A program made the translations under genes and the position numbers. Below, one piece after another: positions 55,061-64,000 of a DNA stretch of 64,000 nucleotides; the first letter of the stretch is position 1, and each line of letters opens with the position of its first letter. The notes under the pieces were generated by a model. The model ran no database searches and was not told the DNA's origin. It worked only from the letters and a program-made list of their open reading frames with translations. Source of the DNA: Wickerhamiella versatilis (lineage: Eukaryota); NCBI GenBank assembly GCA_030867685.1, contig JAQOWU010000003.1, forward strand, positions 1-64,000, given 5' to 3'.

Positions 55061-55226
55061 CTTAATTTCATCTTGGTTTGTTTTTTCATTATTCGACATG
55101 GTTTATTTTGAGCACTTAAGGCAACATAATAGATATGCAGATGAACCTAATGAGTCTGCTTTACGAAGCGAAGCCTGAGGAGTACCGTTACTAATCTTCA
55201 TCCTTCTGCTGTAGTGCAGTGAAGAA

Positions 55227-57050
55227 ATGCCGAAACGTAAACGAGTACCTGTTGCCTGTGAGGAATGTCGAAGACGCAGAATTAGATGTGATGCAAATGT
55301 TCCATTCTGTGATAATTGTACTAGTCGTGGAACAATTTGTACTTACGTGGAGGTATTATCCACAGATGTAGCACAATCAGAGTTAGCAACTTTGCTTAAC
55401 AGACTGGGTAAACTGGAAGAGAGTATGAAAACGTTACATTGCTCTACCCAAGGTCAAATAAGAAGCTCGGTTTCCAGTAATGGCTTGGGTGATGCCGTTC
55501 AAGGGGATACAATGTCTCGGGGACTTATTTTTTTCCACAAGCTTCGGATTTTGAAAGCTTACATTGTATCACACCAAAGTACAGCCTGTCAGCCGAACCT
55601 TTTTCTTGCAATTCTGAGTCAATCAGAAATATCGATGTTGTCAAAAAGATTAGAAGACTCCCTTCTAGGCCAGCGCCTCGAGGAAGTATCATTATCCTTT
55701 GATTCTGCAGCTAATGGACTAGCAGAACAGTTTTTGAACTCATTGATTGACTTAGATGCTGATTCGACCTATTTAAGCCGATGTATTGAAATATATTTGA
55801 AGCTGGAAAACCCGTTTATTCACCTTTTACTGGATCCCTTGGAGGTTCAGAAGAGCGACTGGCTCCTATTACCCGGGTTAATACGCAAAAGCATTTCTGC
55901 GGCTCTTCTCATTCTTGGCAGTGTGATACTTAGGACATCTTCTGACTTTGAAGATTTCACAATAACCATGATAAGATCACAAGAACTCTCGGCTTACCAT
56001 CAGGCAATTAGAGTGCTCAATTCGTACCGGTTCATAAAACCAAGTTTCTTGGAATTAAAAGTGTCTGTGCTTTTGCTATGGCTCCTATATACATACAGCT
56101 CTGTCCCTTCAGTTTTGCACTTTATGCCTCATATTATCGAGATGGCAAACGACTTGAGAGTCAATAATTCAGAGGTAAATAAGTCATTTACCTCCCCAGA
56201 AGCTGATATCAGGTGTTATGTCTGGTTTTTTATTGTGAACTTCCAGTATATGATAGCTATTAGTGGTTCAACAGAGCCTCTTATATCACAACCATATATT
56301 GAATTACCTACATCATTTCCTCTTGTTTATTCAGACGATGCATTACGGACCCTTAAGTATACTGCTGAGATTCATCACATCTTTGACGAAGTACATCACC
56401 TATTCTTGGTACCAAATCAACAGCTCAACTTCTATGACAAATTGCTGGATAAGTTACCTGCCATAGATGCAAAATTGAGAGCATGGAGGTCAAATATTCC
56501 TGAGGTAATTTGGCAAGATAAGCCATCATCTGGCGAAGACAGGCTATGCAGGTACTTCATACCCTTCTCTTCTGAGCTATTGAAGGTTAAATATTGTCAC
56601 ATTATTATCGCTATCTATTCTATATCTCTGTTTGCCAGCATTTCTTTATCGGATTCCTTTCAGGAAGACTTAGAAATATTGGCCGATGCAGCACGCGACC
56701 TACTGAGCCTAGCGTTGTTCTCAGGAGAATCGAAGGATGTTTGTGGCATCATGGAGAACAACAGTATCACTTCAGCTGTGTATTGTCTTTGCCTTAAAGA
56801 ATTACTTTATTCCGGCCAAGAGTCCAATTACAAAGATATTTTGACCCTTCAAAAAAACCTGGGAAGATATTCAAATAAAAGTTGGACTTATTTGGGTTGT
56901 AAATTTCCTCCAAGTATTATATGGGAATTTCTTATCGACATCACGTCTCGCTATTCCTATGATGTTAATACATTAGCCCTCGGAGACAAATATAGATGTC
57001 AAGAATTCGACAGAACGGAACAAATGGACTCATTATGCGTTATAATTTAA
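55227..57050 (+). CDS. Zn(II)2Cys6 transcription factor
   Basis: ACEECRRRRIRCDANVPFCDNCTSRGTICTY. Confidence 0.92.
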   Translation: MPKRKRVPVACEECRRRRIRCDANVPFCDNCTSRGTICTYVEVLSTDVAQSELATLLNRLGKLEESMKTLHCSTQGQIRSSVSSNGLGDAVQGDTMSRGLIFFHKLRILKAYIVSHQSTACQPNLFLAILSQSEISMLSKRLEDSLLGQRLEEVSLSFDSAANGLAEQFLNSLIDLDADSTYLSRCIEIYLKLENPFIHLLLDPLEVQKSDWLLLPGLIRKSISAALLILGSVILRTSSDFEDFTITMIRSQELSAYHQAIRVLNSYRFIKPSFLELKVSVLLLWLLYTYSSVPSVLHFMPHIIEMANDLRVNNSEVNKSFTSPEADIRCYVWFFIVNFQYMIAISGSTEPLISQPYIELPTSFPLVYSDDALRTLKYTAEIHHIFDEVHHLFLVPNQQLNFYDKLLDKLPAIDAKLRAWRSNIPEVIWQDKPSSGEDRLCRYFIPFSSELLKVKYCHIIIAIYSISLFASISLSDSFQEDLEILADAARDLLSLALFSGESKDVCGIMENNSITSAVYCLCLKELLYSGQESNYKDILTLQKNLGRYSNKSWTYLGCKFPPSIIWEFLIDITSRYSYDVNTLALGDKYRCQEFDRTEQMDSLCVII

Positions 57051-57293
57051 GACTCTTTCAATTTTTATTGATCGTTGCAGTTATTTTCTAATGCAAGTCA
57101 TGTTATTGTAAATAGATCAAGTTTGTAGGGCTGATAGCTCTCCACTAATTATTTGTACTCATTTTTCAGTCTTCGAATCAGACCAAATAACTGAAGCTGC
57201 TGTTGTCGCGCGGATGTCAACGTCAATTAGTTTCGCACTATATCCAAGTGTATTATATAATGAATAGCTTACTCTTCGCTTTACAAATACCAC

Positions 57294-59078
57294 ATGTCTT
57301 CTCGACAAAGACATCAGAAGCGCACGCGTGCTTCAATTTCCTGTGATAGCTGTAGAACGCGGAAAATACGCTGTGACTGTGGCTATCCTGCATGTGCGAG
57401 ATGTATTGAAACTGGTAGCGAATGTATTTATACTGCCCTGCCACGAAAATCTATATCTGATGCAAACCTTTTGATTGTGAAAGACCGTATGGATGCACTT
57501 CAGCAAAAGATCAAGCATTTAGAAGAAATTCAGTACACTGGCCCTCGTAATCGATCCTCTTTTTTTTCTTTCAGTGACCGACTAGCAGCCTTGAAAACCC
57601 ATACTAGTATAAACCAGAAAACTTATACACCATATACTTCGAATGTGTATAGCTCGATGGTGACTCGCCAAGACATTTCAAACTTTTCCCGGATTTTAGA
57701 ATATCCAAACTTATGGGAATATCTCGAGAATAGGTCTTACGACTTTTGGCGTTCTGCAAATGCAAATCTCGCAGACTATAATGAGGCTGAGCTATTTTTT
57801 TGTCCCGATACGAAGTACTTGGCTAAGTGCAAAGAGCTATATTCCTATGCTGATTCACCGTATATACGTGAATTGCTAAGTTGGCAGGAACTGAGCTCTT
57901 TAGAGTGGAGTTGTTTGTCTGACAACTACCAGAGGGCAATTATATCTATAATATTGATTATAGGAAGCATCTATTTAACTCAAAGCCCTGAGTTAGGGGA
58001 TTTCACGAGAGAAAGTGTAAGGGCGCATAAGACCTCCGCTTTTTTTCAAGCTCTACGTAGCTTAGATGGCTTTGCTTTCTCAGAAAACGACATACTGGGG
58101 ATCAATATCAGTGTTATAATGCTTTGGTGCCTTATTTATTTCACCTCATTTCCCTCAGCAATGCGTTATTTATCCCAGGTTTGGTCAACGGCTAGAGGCA
58201 TGTGTCTAGATCGAGGTGGGGTCAACAAAGAATTTAGTGATGGTGAGGCTAAACTGCCTAGGAAGACTTGGTACTTGTTGTGTAAATTGTATGATTGCTT
58301 AGTTATTCCTGGATCACTGGAGCCTCTTGCGTCGTTGGAGCGTGATTATGTGTATCAAGTTGAACATACACTCGCGGGCTTCGATATGGAAGGGTTTAAA
58401 CAAAGCACAATTGTTAGCAATTTTTACTCAAGATTTCTAACGGTGGCTAGTATCGAAGCAAGGGAACACGGTTTAGACCCGCTACTTCGTCTTGATGCGG
58501 ACCTCGATAACTGGAAGAATCGCTTACATGGTGTTTTCGGCAATGACAGCTCTAGGAAGGAAACATGGCTACCAGGATCTTTTCCCCAATTCTCCCTCAC
58601 TGACCTGATGCGTAAGTATTATCATATGAGGATTCTTATAAACTCTATATGTGCATTTCGATTCAGGATGTTCCAAACGGCTTCATTGAATTCGCTCAAA
58701 AAGCTAGCTGAAGCCGCACGCGCACTTCTTGGGCTTGAAACTTCTACTCTGAGCAAAATTGGATGTTGCCCTATTCTGCAGAATAATGGAATTACTGCGG
58801 CATTTTTTTGTCTCTTTTGCAAAAGTATTTGCTATCCTGATGAATTAACGAATTATGATGACCTTCTTCTACTTCAAAAAAAATTGGTTACTATTAAAAG
58901 CAACCTGGACGTGGAGGATGGTACCTTAAAGACCTCTTATATGGCATGGACTAGCCTTGTTGATATTATGGCCCGGTATCAGCAACGGACTCAGCAGCAA
59001 AAATTCACAAAAAGTTATAGTATCAATAATTCAGATCCTGGCACATTTTCTAATAGTGACTTTTGCTCAACAATGTAG
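57294..59078 (+). CDS. Zn(II)2Cys6 transcription factor
   Basis: SCDSCRTRKIRCDCGYPACARCIETGSECIY. Confidence 0.92.
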   Translation: MSSRQRHQKRTRASISCDSCRTRKIRCDCGYPACARCIETGSECIYTALPRKSISDANLLIVKDRMDALQQKIKHLEEIQYTGPRNRSSFFSFSDRLAALKTHTSINQKTYTPYTSNVYSSMVTRQDISNFSRILEYPNLWEYLENRSYDFWRSANANLADYNEAELFFCPDTKYLAKCKELYSYADSPYIRELLSWQELSSLEWSCLSDNYQRAIISIILIIGSIYLTQSPELGDFTRESVRAHKTSAFFQALRSLDGFAFSENDILGINISVIMLWCLIYFTSFPSAMRYLSQVWSTARGMCLDRGGVNKEFSDGEAKLPRKTWYLLCKLYDCLVIPGSLEPLASLERDYVYQVEHTLAGFDMEGFKQSTIVSNFYSRFLTVASIEAREHGLDPLLRLDADLDNWKNRLHGVFGNDSSRKETWLPGSFPQFSLTDLMRKYYHMRILINSICAFRFRMFQTASLNSLKKLAEAARALLGLETSTLSKIGCCPILQNNGITAAFFCLFCKSICYPDELTNYDDLLLLQKKLVTIKSNLDVEDGTLKTSYMAWTSLVDIMARYQQRTQQQKFTKSYSINNSDPGTFSNSDFCSTM

Positions 59079-59422
59079 CTAGCACGCCTCGGTTTAACGG
59101 CAAACAGAACCCTGGAGTTATATAATATTTCACTGCTTGCTAATCAACTTATAATTGATATACTATAGCCATTTGGAACAAAAGATGCGATAAAGAGCAG
59201 CCCAAAGATCAATATGATTGATATATTCTAGTGGATAATGCATCAAATAGTAACAATCCTGATATTTGTTTCCTAATTTCCCGAGATGATAGATTTTATA
59301 AATGGATTATAAATAGTGCATCGCGGAAAAAACACCGACATACGCATGTACGAAAAGCTGAGCCTCAGTAGTCCAAAATTATATATATGAGACTAGACTC
59401 TAGCTGAAATATAAAGCTCAGA

Positions 59423-61180
59423 ATGCAGATCTTTGGCAAAGGAGTAGCGAATTTGGTCACTTTGTCTAGCCTTCTTGGCTCTGTCAGCACATCCAGCTTG
59501 AATAGCTTGTGCAGTCCAAAATATGTGGCTAGTGTACTGCCCACATCTGACTTTGGACTTGGAATTTCAATAGCAAAGAACGTCTCTGCATCTCCCGTCT
59601 TCAACTATTCCTCGCCGTCTCAGGTATTTTTTCCTGGTTCCACTATTGACTTTTGCAATGTGACCCTGTCGTATTCGCACAACGGCCTGAATGATGAGGT
59701 ACTGCTTAGAATTTGGCTTCCTTCTCCAGAAAAGTTTGAAAACCGCTGGCTAAGTACTGGCGGAGGTGGATATGCAATTAACTCAGAAGAGCAAGATCTC
59801 CCAGGCGGAGTAATGTACGGTGCTGCTGCAGGTATAACTGATGGTGGATTTGGGGGGTTTGACATCCAGCTTGACAGTGTGCAGCCCATTGCAAATGGAA
59901 CCAGCAACCTTCAAGCCATTCAGATGTTTGGGTACCAGGCAATGCATGAATTAAGCCTAGTTGGGAAGGAACTGACCAAGAACTTTTTCAACGTGACCAG
60001 CTCTAGCAAACTTTATGCATATTATCAAGGCTGTTCAGAGGGGGGAAGGGAAGGCTTAAGTCAAATCCAAAGATTTCCGGATGAATGGGATGGTGCTATC
60101 ATAGGGGCACCAGCAATACGAATGGGCCATCAGCAGGTCAACCATCTGTTTCCCGGTGTGGTCGAGAATACCATGGGATATTATCCACCCCCTTGTGAAC
60201 TGGAGAAAATTATGAATCTCACTATAGAGGCGTGCGACGAGCTTGATGGAAGAAAAGATGGTGTAGTTTCTCGAACTGATCTTTGTAAACTTCACTTTGA
60301 TATTAACTCGACAATTGGTGAGCCTTACTATTGCAGTGCTTCATCAAAATCAACGATGCTACGCAAGCGTCAGGCATTGGAATCGAGTAGGACACCCGAA
60401 CAGAATGGTACCGTTTCCGCCAAAGGTGTTGCTGTTGCCACAGCTTTGTTAGATGGACTCCATGATAATCAGGGTAGACGGGTTTATTTCTGGTACCAGC
60501 CTACTGCAGAGTTCACAGATGCACAAACCCAATACAACTCTAGTACCAAAGAGTGGGAGCTTTCTATAACAAGCTTGGGTGGTGAGTGGGTCACGAAGTT
60601 CTTGGAACTTATGGACGTAGATAATCTTAGCACCCTGGACGATGTTACGTATGATACGGTTCGTGATTGGATGCTCCAAGGATGGCAAAGATACGAAGAT
60701 ACCCTTCAAACTACATGGCCCGACCTTACAAAATTCTCTGAAACTGGTGGAAAGGTAATTCATGTCCATGGCGAATCAGACCCAAGCATCCCCCCAGCAT
60801 CATCTGTGCGCTACATCGACTCCGTTCGTAAGTCTATGTTTGGAGATCTTGGCTACAATCAAAGTATTGCCGCATTGCAACAGTTTTATCGCCTGTATCT
60901 GGTTCCTGGTGCAGGGCACTGCAGTCCTGGGACCTACCAACCTGGTCCATGGCCTCAGAACACCCTGCTGGAACTCATTGACTGGGTTGAGCATAAAAAC
61001 GCACCGGAAAAGCTTAATGCGACCGTGGAATCGGGCAATGCAAAGGATGAGGCCTGGGAACTATGTGCATTCCCTTCACGCCCATTGTGGAAGAATGGCA
61101 CATTAACGTGCGTCTACGATCAAAAATCGCTTGGAACATGGATCTATAACCTCGATGCATTTAACGTAACCGTCTATTGA
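59423..61180 (+). CDS. Secreted tannase (tannase/feruloyl esterase family)
   Basis: Signal peptide; NRWLSTGGGG, YQGCSEGGREG, HVHGESDPSIP, VPGAGHC; internal LRKR Kex2-type site as in Aspergillus-type two-chain tannases. Confidence 0.93.
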   Translation: MQIFGKGVANLVTLSSLLGSVSTSSLNSLCSPKYVASVLPTSDFGLGISIAKNVSASPVFNYSSPSQVFFPGSTIDFCNVTLSYSHNGLNDEVLLRIWLPSPEKFENRWLSTGGGGYAINSEEQDLPGGVMYGAAAGITDGGFGGFDIQLDSVQPIANGTSNLQAIQMFGYQAMHELSLVGKELTKNFFNVTSSSKLYAYYQGCSEGGREGLSQIQRFPDEWDGAIIGAPAIRMGHQQVNHLFPGVVENTMGYYPPPCELEKIMNLTIEACDELDGRKDGVVSRTDLCKLHFDINSTIGEPYYCSASSKSTMLRKRQALESSRTPEQNGTVSAKGVAVATALLDGLHDNQGRRVYFWYQPTAEFTDAQTQYNSSTKEWELSITSLGGEWVTKFLELMDVDNLSTLDDVTYDTVRDWMLQGWQRYEDTLQTTWPDLTKFSETGGKVIHVHGESDPSIPPASSVRYIDSVRKSMFGDLGYNQSIAALQQFYRLYLVPGAGHCSPGTYQPGPWPQNTLLELIDWVEHKNAPEKLNATVESGNAKDEAWELCAFPSRPLWKNGTLTCVYDQKSLGTWIYNLDAFNVTVY

Positions 61181-61433
61181 TTTACTATGTGGATAGGTAG
61201 TTAGAAAATTTTAGCAATACCCAATCTATCTAATCTCTTCCTTAATATTCCGATCTCTATGGGTCAATGGAAACATTCCGAAGTAAAGTTGCTATATGCC
61301 GATATACTGCCCATAAGACTCTGAGAGCTTTACCGTCAGCTAATAATCCATGCCTTAAGTTATATAAAGAACAGTTTGTTGGGCGGCAGTTACAACTGTT
61401 GATGACAAATAAAGACAGTAGCCGTTTGATGTG

Positions 61434-63248
61434 ATGTCTGAGGGATCAGAAGGCCCAGCAAAACGTCTTAATGCTGCTTGTTTAAAGTGTCGTCACAGTA
61501 AAATTCGCTGCATCCGGGTCGGGAACTCCTGTCAATCATGTCTATCTCATGGATACCAATGCGTTTCAGCACCACGTCGGCATCCATCTAATGTGAGCAA
61601 TCCCTTTCTAGCTGCTGGAAAACAATTAGATTTATTGGAGGATAGAGTCCAAAGTCTGATTTACAATAGCCAAAGGCTTCCAACTGGTATAAGTAACTCA
61701 GTCATGGAACCCCATGCTCCTGTCTTTTGCGCGGCACCAGCATCAACACGAACACCACTGCAAGAGTCACGGATACCCAGAAATACGTTAACTAGATTCA
61801 ACGATCGTCTCTACTTTATGAAAATATCCTTAACGGGTGAATGGAACTACTGCAGGAACAATTTTAGGATGTTTTTCTCCATCTTGTCACCCGAAGATAC
61901 TTGCGCATTGGGGGAAAAGCTGGGTCAATCCACATTGTATAAAGAAGTTGAGAAAGTATCCTATGCTGCGTGGAAGGATACTCAGATGATAGTGTCACGG
62001 TTAATGAAGCCACCAATCAAGTTATCTTGCAACAGGGAATTATTTGAGGTATGTGCTGCCATCTACATAAGCACTCCGAGCATTTTTACACATCCCCTCC
62101 TATCGCCTGAGGATATTATTTCGTCACAAAACCATCGGGATCCTTTAGTCCTGCAAGGTATTGAGTGCGTGGTTATGATCTTCGGATGCGTGAGTATGCG
62201 CAGAAGTTCGGACTTCGGGTCTTTTTCTATTCCACTTGTCGAATCACAAGAAAGAGCTGCATGCTTCCAGGCTATTCAATGTATAAATTCAATTCGATAC
62301 TCAGAGCCAACCTATTTCAATTTCAGACTTGCTGTCTTGCTATTGTGGCTCCTGCATGCATTTAGCGCATTCCCCTCCATGTTGGATATACTTTATTCGG
62401 TGCTTAATATGGGACATGCCCTGAGAATCAATGATCCTGAGTTCTTTATAGACCAGGATCACGATAGACAGAGAATTGTCTGGTTCCTGGCGGTCAATTT
62501 AGAGTACCTCTTCGCAATACCAATGTCCAGTAAACCGCGTAATAATCCAAATCTCCCCGCAGTGGTGATCCCCGAATCTTACTCGGACCATGTGAAAGCT
62601 TTTCTCCTTTATGTTTCTGAGATTCATGACATTTATAGAAGGGCCTGGGATATTTCCTTCTCTTATAATGGCCATCGACGTTCTATTGAGGACATTGGTG
62701 AACATATCTCTATTCTTGTAAAAGACACCAGCGATTGGCGGAATAAGGTCCCCAATGATATCTGGGCTCGACCAATCTTCAACTCGACATTCTCTGAGCA
62801 TCTTACCACAATGAGTTCAGGAAATTTGAAATTCAAATATTACCATACCTTGATAGCGATTCACTCTATCTGGGCATTTGCTCCTGCAACATTTGAAGAG
62901 CTATCTTTTTCATCATTGAGCAAGGTATGCGACGCAGCACGTTCCCTGTTTCTTGATGCAGTAAGCACCCAGAGTGTAAAGGGTGACTGTACGATACTAC
63001 ATTCGATTGGTGTAACTACTAGCATTTCGGTACTGCTTTACAAGCAGATTTACTACCCTAGGAATGTGATGAATGCTCAGGATGTGGTATTTCTCAAAAC
63101 CCATATGGGGTATTTTCACCAAAAACCCAGGTTCTCAATAGGTGAGGTAAATCCTCTGGTGGATGTATGGAGCCTACTTGTCGATTTAATATCAAAGCAT
63201 TACGATTATTACCATAGTAATCCAGACTCGAATTTTCTGGTTTTTTAA
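61434..63248 (+). CDS. Zn(II)2Cys6 transcription factor
   Basis: ACLKCRHSKIRCIRVGNSCQSCLSHGYQC. Confidence 0.9.
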   Translation: MSEGSEGPAKRLNAACLKCRHSKIRCIRVGNSCQSCLSHGYQCVSAPRRHPSNVSNPFLAAGKQLDLLEDRVQSLIYNSQRLPTGISNSVMEPHAPVFCAAPASTRTPLQESRIPRNTLTRFNDRLYFMKISLTGEWNYCRNNFRMFFSILSPEDTCALGEKLGQSTLYKEVEKVSYAAWKDTQMIVSRLMKPPIKLSCNRELFEVCAAIYISTPSIFTHPLLSPEDIISSQNHRDPLVLQGIECVVMIFGCVSMRRSSDFGSFSIPLVESQERAACFQAIQCINSIRYSEPTYFNFRLAVLLLWLLHAFSAFPSMLDILYSVLNMGHALRINDPEFFIDQDHDRQRIVWFLAVNLEYLFAIPMSSKPRNNPNLPAVVIPESYSDHVKAFLLYVSEIHDIYRRAWDISFSYNGHRRSIEDIGEHISILVKDTSDWRNKVPNDIWARPIFNSTFSEHLTTMSSGNLKFKYYHTLIAIHSIWAFAPATFEELSFSSLSKVCDAARSLFLDAVSTQSVKGDCTILHSIGVTTSISVLLYKQIYYPRNVMNAQDVVFLKTHMGYFHQKPRFSIGEVNPLVDVWSLLVDLISKHYDYYHSNPDSNFLVF

Positions 63249-63275
63249 ATTTTTTTCTTACATTCAGGATGTGAA

Positions 63276-63312
63276 TGGGCTTTATTGCATTGTCTACCCA
63301 GTCTCAGGTCAG
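63276..63312 (+). repeat. Copy of ~40-bp motif
   Basis: tgggctttattgcattgtctacccagtctcaggtcag. Confidence 0.85.
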
Positions 63313-63347
63313 GTGATATAGAGTAATAATGTTAGGATTGAGAACCC

Positions 63348-63875
63348 TCATGACAGGGGGGTTTGAGTATTCTCGTAGTATTTAGCGCACAATTGCTCAA
63401 ATACTTGGTTGGGACAAATACAGACCAACAGGTATACCAGTCTCGGAAATCCCAAGAAAAAAAACCTCATAATGACCCCCTTTGACCACTTTCGAAGGGC
63501 TAGCAGGGGTAAGAGACCTATTAATGTAATCCAGATCGCGGATTCTGCCAGCCGATAGACGTCCATTTCAGAAAGCGGTTGACTGGCCAAATCAATGTAT
63601 GTAACGTATGCTACGTAGCCGCACAAAGTATATTTCATGTTATACCTGCGTACAAGTCTATCGCTGGTCGCCTCTCTGATATCAGTATCATTTTTGAGTT
63701 CGTCACTTTCACAGATTTCCTTCAATCGTCGACTAATAAGGCGATCACCCAAGATCAAAAGACCAACAGCAAAAATCTGGATAACACGAGTGAGAAATGT
63801 TAATAAATTCAGCAGCATTATTATGCCACCATTGTAAAAAGCATTATGCCATGCATTATGGTAGACGTCCGCCAT
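63348..63875 (-). CDS. Hypothetical membrane protein
   Basis: 175 aa with several hydrophobic stretches; no family recognised. Confidence 0.45.
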   Translation of the reverse strand: MADVYHNAWHNAFYNGGIIMLLNLLTFLTRVIQIFAVGLLILGDRLISRRLKEICESDELKNDTDIREATSDRLVRRYNMKYTLCGYVAYVTYIDLASQPLSEMDVYRLAESAIWITLIGLLPLLALRKWSKGVIMRFFFLGFPRLVYLLVCICPNQVFEQLCAKYYENTQTPLS

Positions 63876-64000
63876 ATGTGTTCCTAGATAAACAGGGAAG
63901 TGTTACTAATAATAGCAATGTCATGTCATCAGGAAGAAGTGACGGGCTGTCTCATGCTAGACTTACTCATCAAGTTAGATCGACAAGTCAGCGGTAGGAC

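Noticed and set aside
1142-63312. 40-bp motif as a CRISPR array
   Set aside because: Copies are kb apart, in both orientations and degenerate; the context is eukaryotic and there are no cas genes.

Overview
Fungal, most likely budding-yeast (Saccharomycotina-like, essentially intronless) accessory or subtelomere-type region. It holds about 30 functionally unrelated genes: transporters (three Dal5/allantoate-type MFS, a DHA1 MFS, an amino-acid permease), secreted or GPI-anchored proteins (S10 carboxypeptidase, Say1-like esterase, tannase, purple acid phosphatase, PA14 flocculin, NPP1/NLP), two bacterial-looking enzymes (extended SDR, IlvD/Edd dehydratase), three paralogous Zn2Cys6 regulators, orphan multi-pass membrane proteins and several pseudogenes. 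The most striking unexplained signal is a ~35-41 bp imperfectly palindromic motif (consensus CAGTGGGCTATCTTGCATTGTCCAACCAGTCTCAGGGTCAG). By eye it occurs about 20 or more times, in both orientations, almost only between genes or gene modules and not inside coherent modules. This suggests a eukaryotic cassette array built by repeated integration at a specific site (inference; no recombinase is visible in the window). A second, ~270 bp non-coding element occurs twice. No rRNA, tRNA, CRISPR or intact transposase was recognised. All assignments come from motif recognition by eye; no searches were run.
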